Source of the DNA: an uncultured Erysipelotrichaceae bacterium
GTDB taxonomy: Bacteria > Bacillota_I > Bacilli_A > RFN20 > CAG-826
Direction: 5' to 3'
NCBI GenBank assembly: GCA_902763555.1
Contig: CACWSI010000001.1
Location: 7,215 to 71,214, forward strand
DNA: 64,000 nt
Below are positions 61,353 through 64,000 of the stretch, one piece after another. The stretch's first letter is position 1. Each line of letters begins with the position of its first letter. The notes under the pieces were generated by a model. The model was given only the letters and a program-made list of their open reading frames with translations. It ran no database searches and was not told the DNA's origin. The position numbers were made by a program, and so were the translations under genes.

Positions 61353-62654
61353 TTAAAACCACTGATGGTGGTCAATCTTATGATGATGCTTATCTTTATT
61401 ACAGTGACCTCCTCCCCCACTCATAGAAGATGGGGGCTTCCCACTCAAGAACTCTAATGAATTCAGTATCAATGGGCTATCCCCGAGAGTCCCTCGGTTA
61501 AGGATATTTATTAACAAGATAAGGACCATTCTTATTCCTTCTTTTTTGATATTAATCGCCGCATTATAGTCACGGTCATGTCTAGTTCCACATTCTGGAC
61601 AAACCCAACTCCTTTGATTAAGAGTTAAATCGCTTTTTCGATAGTTACAGCATGAACATAATTGGCTAGAAGGGAAATACTTATCTACTTTAACCAGTTT
61701 CTTATTGAGCCAGTTTAGCTTATAGGATAGGTAATTAAGGAAAGTCCCATATCCTAAATCAAAAATAGTTATTCCGAACTTTAAATCAGTTTTCCTCTCA
61801 CTCATCTTTTTTAAATCTAGATTCTCCACAAAAACATAATCATAAGTGTTAGCGAGTTTTCTACTTACCTTATGAAGAAAATCTTTTCTCTGATTAGCAA
61901 TGTGTTCATGAAGATTCTTGATTCTCATTAATTGCTTTTGATAATGAGATGAATCTTTTTTCATGCGAGACAACTTTCTTTGTTCTTTGGCTAATTTAGT
62001 TAGAGAGTCTTGATAATAAGTAGGCATATCTAAATGGTTACCGTTACTATCAGCAAACAAATGGGCTAAAGAAAAATCTAATCCGATTGAATTATTAGGA
62101 TCAAGAGATTCCTTAATGTATTCTCCATAGTCTAAGTATTCTTCTTCCCCTAATAAGGAAACATAGTAATATTTACCTTTTCTAGAAACACTGACCATGG
62201 TGAATTTAAATGATTCTGGTAGACGACGATGAAACTTGATTTTAACTCTACCCACTTTGGGGATTTGGATATCATCCGCGACGAAACGAATAGAGTTATT
62301 TATATTCATGGTCGTATAACCATAATCATTCTTTTTCTTTTTAAATTTTGGGAATTCAGCATTATGTCTAAAGAAATTCATATAGGCATCAAATAAATGG
62401 ATAACTGTTTGTTGTAATGCAATTGAATCAACTTCTTTTAAATATGGGAATGTTTCTTTATATTCTGGAAGAAGCTTAATTAATTCATATTTATTAATCG
62501 TTCTATTCTTATCAGCTTTATATGATTCAATGCACATCGAAAGGAAGTCGTTATAAACCTGACGACAGCATCCTAAAGTCTTCTCAATTAGTTCTTTTTG
62601 AGAAGGATTAGGATAGATTCTAAAGCGATAGGATCTTTTAACTGTCTTAATCAT
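61353..62654 (-). CDS. tnpB: RNA-guided endonuclease TnpB (OrfB_IS605 + RuvC + zinc ribbon)
   Basis: MIKTVKRSYRFRIYPN start (ATG 62654 after AAAGGA). RuvC triad contexts IGLDFS, VFVENLD and RDYNAAINI. Zinc ribbon CSCC...CPECG. The low-complexity tail (...GGGGHCNKDKHHHKIDHHQWF) is probably read-through of the element end. Confidence 0.9.
   Translation of the reverse strand: MIKTVKRSYRFRIYPNPSQKELIEKTLGCCRQVYNDFLSMCIESYKADKNRTINKYELIKLLPEYKETFPYLKEVDSIALQQTVIHLFDAYMNFFRHNAEFPKFKKKKNDYGYTTMNINNSIRFVADDIQIPKVGRVKIKFHRRLPESFKFTMVSVSRKGKYYYVSLLGEEEYLDYGEYIKESLDPNNSIGLDFSLAHLFADSNGNHLDMPTYYQDSLTKLAKEQRKLSRMKKDSSHYQKQLMRIKNLHEHIANQRKDFLHKVSRKLANTYDYVFVENLDLKKMSERKTDLKFGITIFDLGYGTFLNYLSYKLNWLNKKLVKVDKYFPSSQLCSCCNYRKSDLTLNQRSWVCPECGTRHDRDYNAAINIKKEGIRMVLILLINILNRGTLGDSPLILNSLEFLSGKPPSSMSGGGGHCNKDKHHHKIDHHQWF
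61385..61600 (-). ncRNA. expected omega (right-end) guide RNA region of TnpB; boundaries approximate
   Basis: By analogy with characterised TnpB loci, the guide RNA overlaps the tnpB 3' end and right end. Local hairpins are visible: CCGAG-agtcc-CTCGG at 61483-61497, and CCCCCA...TGGGGG at 61414-61436. Confidence 0.3.
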
Positions 62655-62890
62655 ACTTATCCTTTCGAAATATAAGAAAAGGGAAATAAATGCTAAATGC
62701 ATCCATCTTCCCCTTATCCATATTTCCTACTATTATTATATCAACTTGTTGATATAACTACAATACTTTATTCACTATTAATAAAAAATTATACCTAATA
62801 GATTAACGAGATGGGACCGCTATGTATTATTAATTCACTCAAATTCATCCTCCACTTGCAGAAGATGGGGGTCTTCTTCGAGAATTCAAT

Positions 62891-62914
62891 AAAAAACGAC
62901 TCGTTTCTGAGTCG
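62891..62914 (-). terminator. Rho-independent terminator of rpmB
   Basis: Minus strand CGACUC-agaaac-GAGUCG followed by UUUUUU. It directly abuts the IS left end. Confidence 0.8.
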
Positions 62915-62942
62915 ATTTTTATATCTTGTCTTTTGCAAAAGA

Positions 62943-63137
62943 TTAGCGATCCTTATATTGTTTATTGAGGCTACGATATGCTCTTGTAGACATACGAATA
63001 CGCATTTCTTTGCCATCAACAACGACGGTACGAACTTGAAGATTGGTGTTCCATCTACGACGTGTAGCTCTTAAAGAGTGGGAACGGTTGTTACCGCTTA
63101 CTGGACCTTTTCCTAATACTGGACAAACTCTTGACAT
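62943..63137 (-). CDS. rpmB: 50S ribosomal protein L28
   Basis: MSRVCPVLGKGPVSGNNRSHSLRATRRRWNTNLQ is the canonical L28 N-terminus. Confidence 0.95.
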   Translation of the reverse strand: MSRVCPVLGKGPVSGNNRSHSLRATRRRWNTNLQVRTVVVDGKEMRIRMSTRAYRSLNKQYKDR

Positions 63138-63258
63138 ATCATCGTCCTCCTGATTTGTTGCCGATTAATATTATCATAAGATAAAAATCATAGCAACAAT
63201 AAATTTGTTTTTTAGTGTATCATTGAAAATCAAAATTTTCAGTTAATAAATCACTTAT

Positions 63259-63287
63259 AAAAAAGAGGCTAACAATAATTAACCTCT
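63259..63287 (-). terminator. Rho-independent terminator
   Basis: Minus strand AGAGGUUAA / UUAGCCUCU stem (one mismatch) followed by UUUUUU. Confidence 0.65.
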
Positions 63288-63294
63288 ATTTCAT

Positions 63295-63744
63295 CTACAT
63301 TTTGACGTTTGGATAACGTTTCTTAAATTCTTCTTTACTTAACAAATTATTGCACTTTTTAAGCATCGCTTGATAGATTTCTCCGTTTCTATCGAACGCT
63401 AGATATCTAACATGCCCCTTATTTGTGTAGAACACTAAGGTTCTTTTCTTCTCTGATTGTTCTTTATCGATATACACTACATCGTTGTAGTGGTAATAAG
63501 CTTCTTTAAACGCTCTTACTTGCACTAGATACTTGTTTTCAATAACGTAGAAATTACGCACTAAGGAGAGGACTAACATCCCAATACTAGTTAGAACATA
63601 TAGGATAATAATGAGTATTTGAATAACTCCCCATTTTTGGAAAAGGAAAAGAGTCATACATGATAGGAATAGACCTACCGCGAATAATAGGTCCATTATT
63701 ATAAAGATTAATATAGTTCTACGACGGTCTACTGGGACTTTCAT
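63295..63744 (-). CDS. hypothetical membrane protein (2 TM helices plus C-terminal PH-like domain)
   Basis: Two N-terminal hydrophobic helices, then a roughly 85-aa soluble domain. No family recognised with certainty. Confidence 0.55.
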   Translation of the reverse strand: MKVPVDRRRTILIFIIMDLLFAVGLFLSCMTLFLFQKWGVIQILIIILYVLTSIGMLVLSLVRNFYVIENKYLVQVRAFKEAYYHYNDVVYIDKEQSEKKRTLVFYTNKGHVRYLAFDRNGEIYQAMLKKCNNLLSKEEFKKRYPNVKM

Positions 63745-63805
63745 GCCGTTATTATAACAAGTTAGAATAAAGTATCAAAAATGTTTTTAAACTACGCGTG
63801 CGCAG

Positions 63806-63814
63806 TGTTATAAT
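63806..63814 (+). promoter_or_regulatory. extended -10 promoter element for glgC
   Basis: TGtTATAAT lies 25 nt upstream of ATG 63840, and AAAAGGAG SD follows. Confidence 0.5.
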
Positions 63815-63839
63815 TTAAGGGAACAAAAAGGAGCATATT

Positions 63840-64000
63840 ATGTCACATAATGTCGTAGCAATGATTCTTGCAGGCGGCAAGGGGACAAGATTAGGTCTTT
63901 TGACTAAAAAAATGGCAAAACCTGCTGTCTCTTTTGCGGCTAAATACAGAATTATTGATTTCCCTCTTAGTAACTGTGCTAACAGTGGAATCAATACAAT
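63840..64000 (+). CDS. glgC: glucose-1-phosphate adenylyltransferase, 5' part (runs off the window)
   Basis: [51 protein letters not shown] is the canonical GlgC N-terminus. Confidence 0.9.
   Translation, partial: MSHNVVAMILAGGKGTRLGLLTKKMAKPAVSFAAKYRIIDFPLSNCANSGINT

Larger units (their letters stand above)
61353..62890 (-). mobile_element. IS200/IS605-family, TnpB-only (IS1341-like) element; no tnpA
   Basis: A single tnpB gene flanked by related subterminal hairpin motifs: AGAAGATGGGGG at 61425-61436 and 62860-62871, each with GAATTC nearby. Only about 235 nt lie upstream of tnpB, too little for a Y1 transposase. The right-end boundary is uncertain (61353-61405). Confidence 0.75.

Noticed and set aside
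62795-63074. Two listed ORFs (62795..63022 minus, 62811..63074 plus) spanning the IS left end, the rpmB terminator and the rpmB 3' end.
   Set aside because: Both overlap the clearly real rpmB gene or its terminator, have no SD, and translate to low-complexity junk. The region is better explained by the IS left end, the terminator and rpmB.

Overview
This is an AT-rich chromosomal segment that uses the standard genetic code: TGA serves as a stop at 15359, 43163, 50466 and 59944, and all long genes are intact. The gene content looks like a low-GC Firmicutes/Mollicutes-lineage organism, possibly Acholeplasma-like or Erysipelotrichia-like. Supporting signs are a PPi-dependent phosphofructokinase, a PrkC kinase without PASTA or transmembrane (TM) parts, and several lipoproteins with Ser-tract linkers. 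This taxonomic call is inference only.

Most of the roughly 60 genes are housekeeping:
- tyrS with a Tyr T-box leader, trxA and tRNA-Gly(UCC)
- guaD plus a purine permease, and glpK
- pfp followed by the full atpIBEFHAGDC operon, then ppa
- trmL and rqcH
- gmk-priA-(rsmB-like)-rlmN-prpC-prkC-rsgA-rpe
- rpmB and the start of glgC

The accessory or unusual content, most interesting first:
1. An Rhs/YD-repeat polymorphic-toxin cassette (46125-51610). It has no recognisable export signal. Its 157-aa C-terminal tip starts with a TM helix and is otherwise unrecognised. A translationally coupled, membrane-anchored candidate immunity gene follows, and codon usage shifts visibly at the Rhs core/tip junction.
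2. A TnpB-only IS200/IS605-type element (about 61.35-62.89 kb) inserted just past the rpmB terminator. Both ends carry matching hairpin motifs and the RuvC triad is intact.
3. A 2094-aa orphan giant membrane protein with a CvpA-like N-terminus and a recurring helical motif.
4. A LURP-one/Tubby-like gene paired with a protein made of six 16-aa YCG repeats.
5. A degenerate-GGDEF/intact-EAL membrane protein.
6. A fossil RsmB that has lost its SAM-binding and catalytic-Cys motifs.
7. Several apparently leaderless operon-first genes.

No CRISPR array, rRNA or prophage was seen. All functional calls come from reading motifs by eye; no database search was run.
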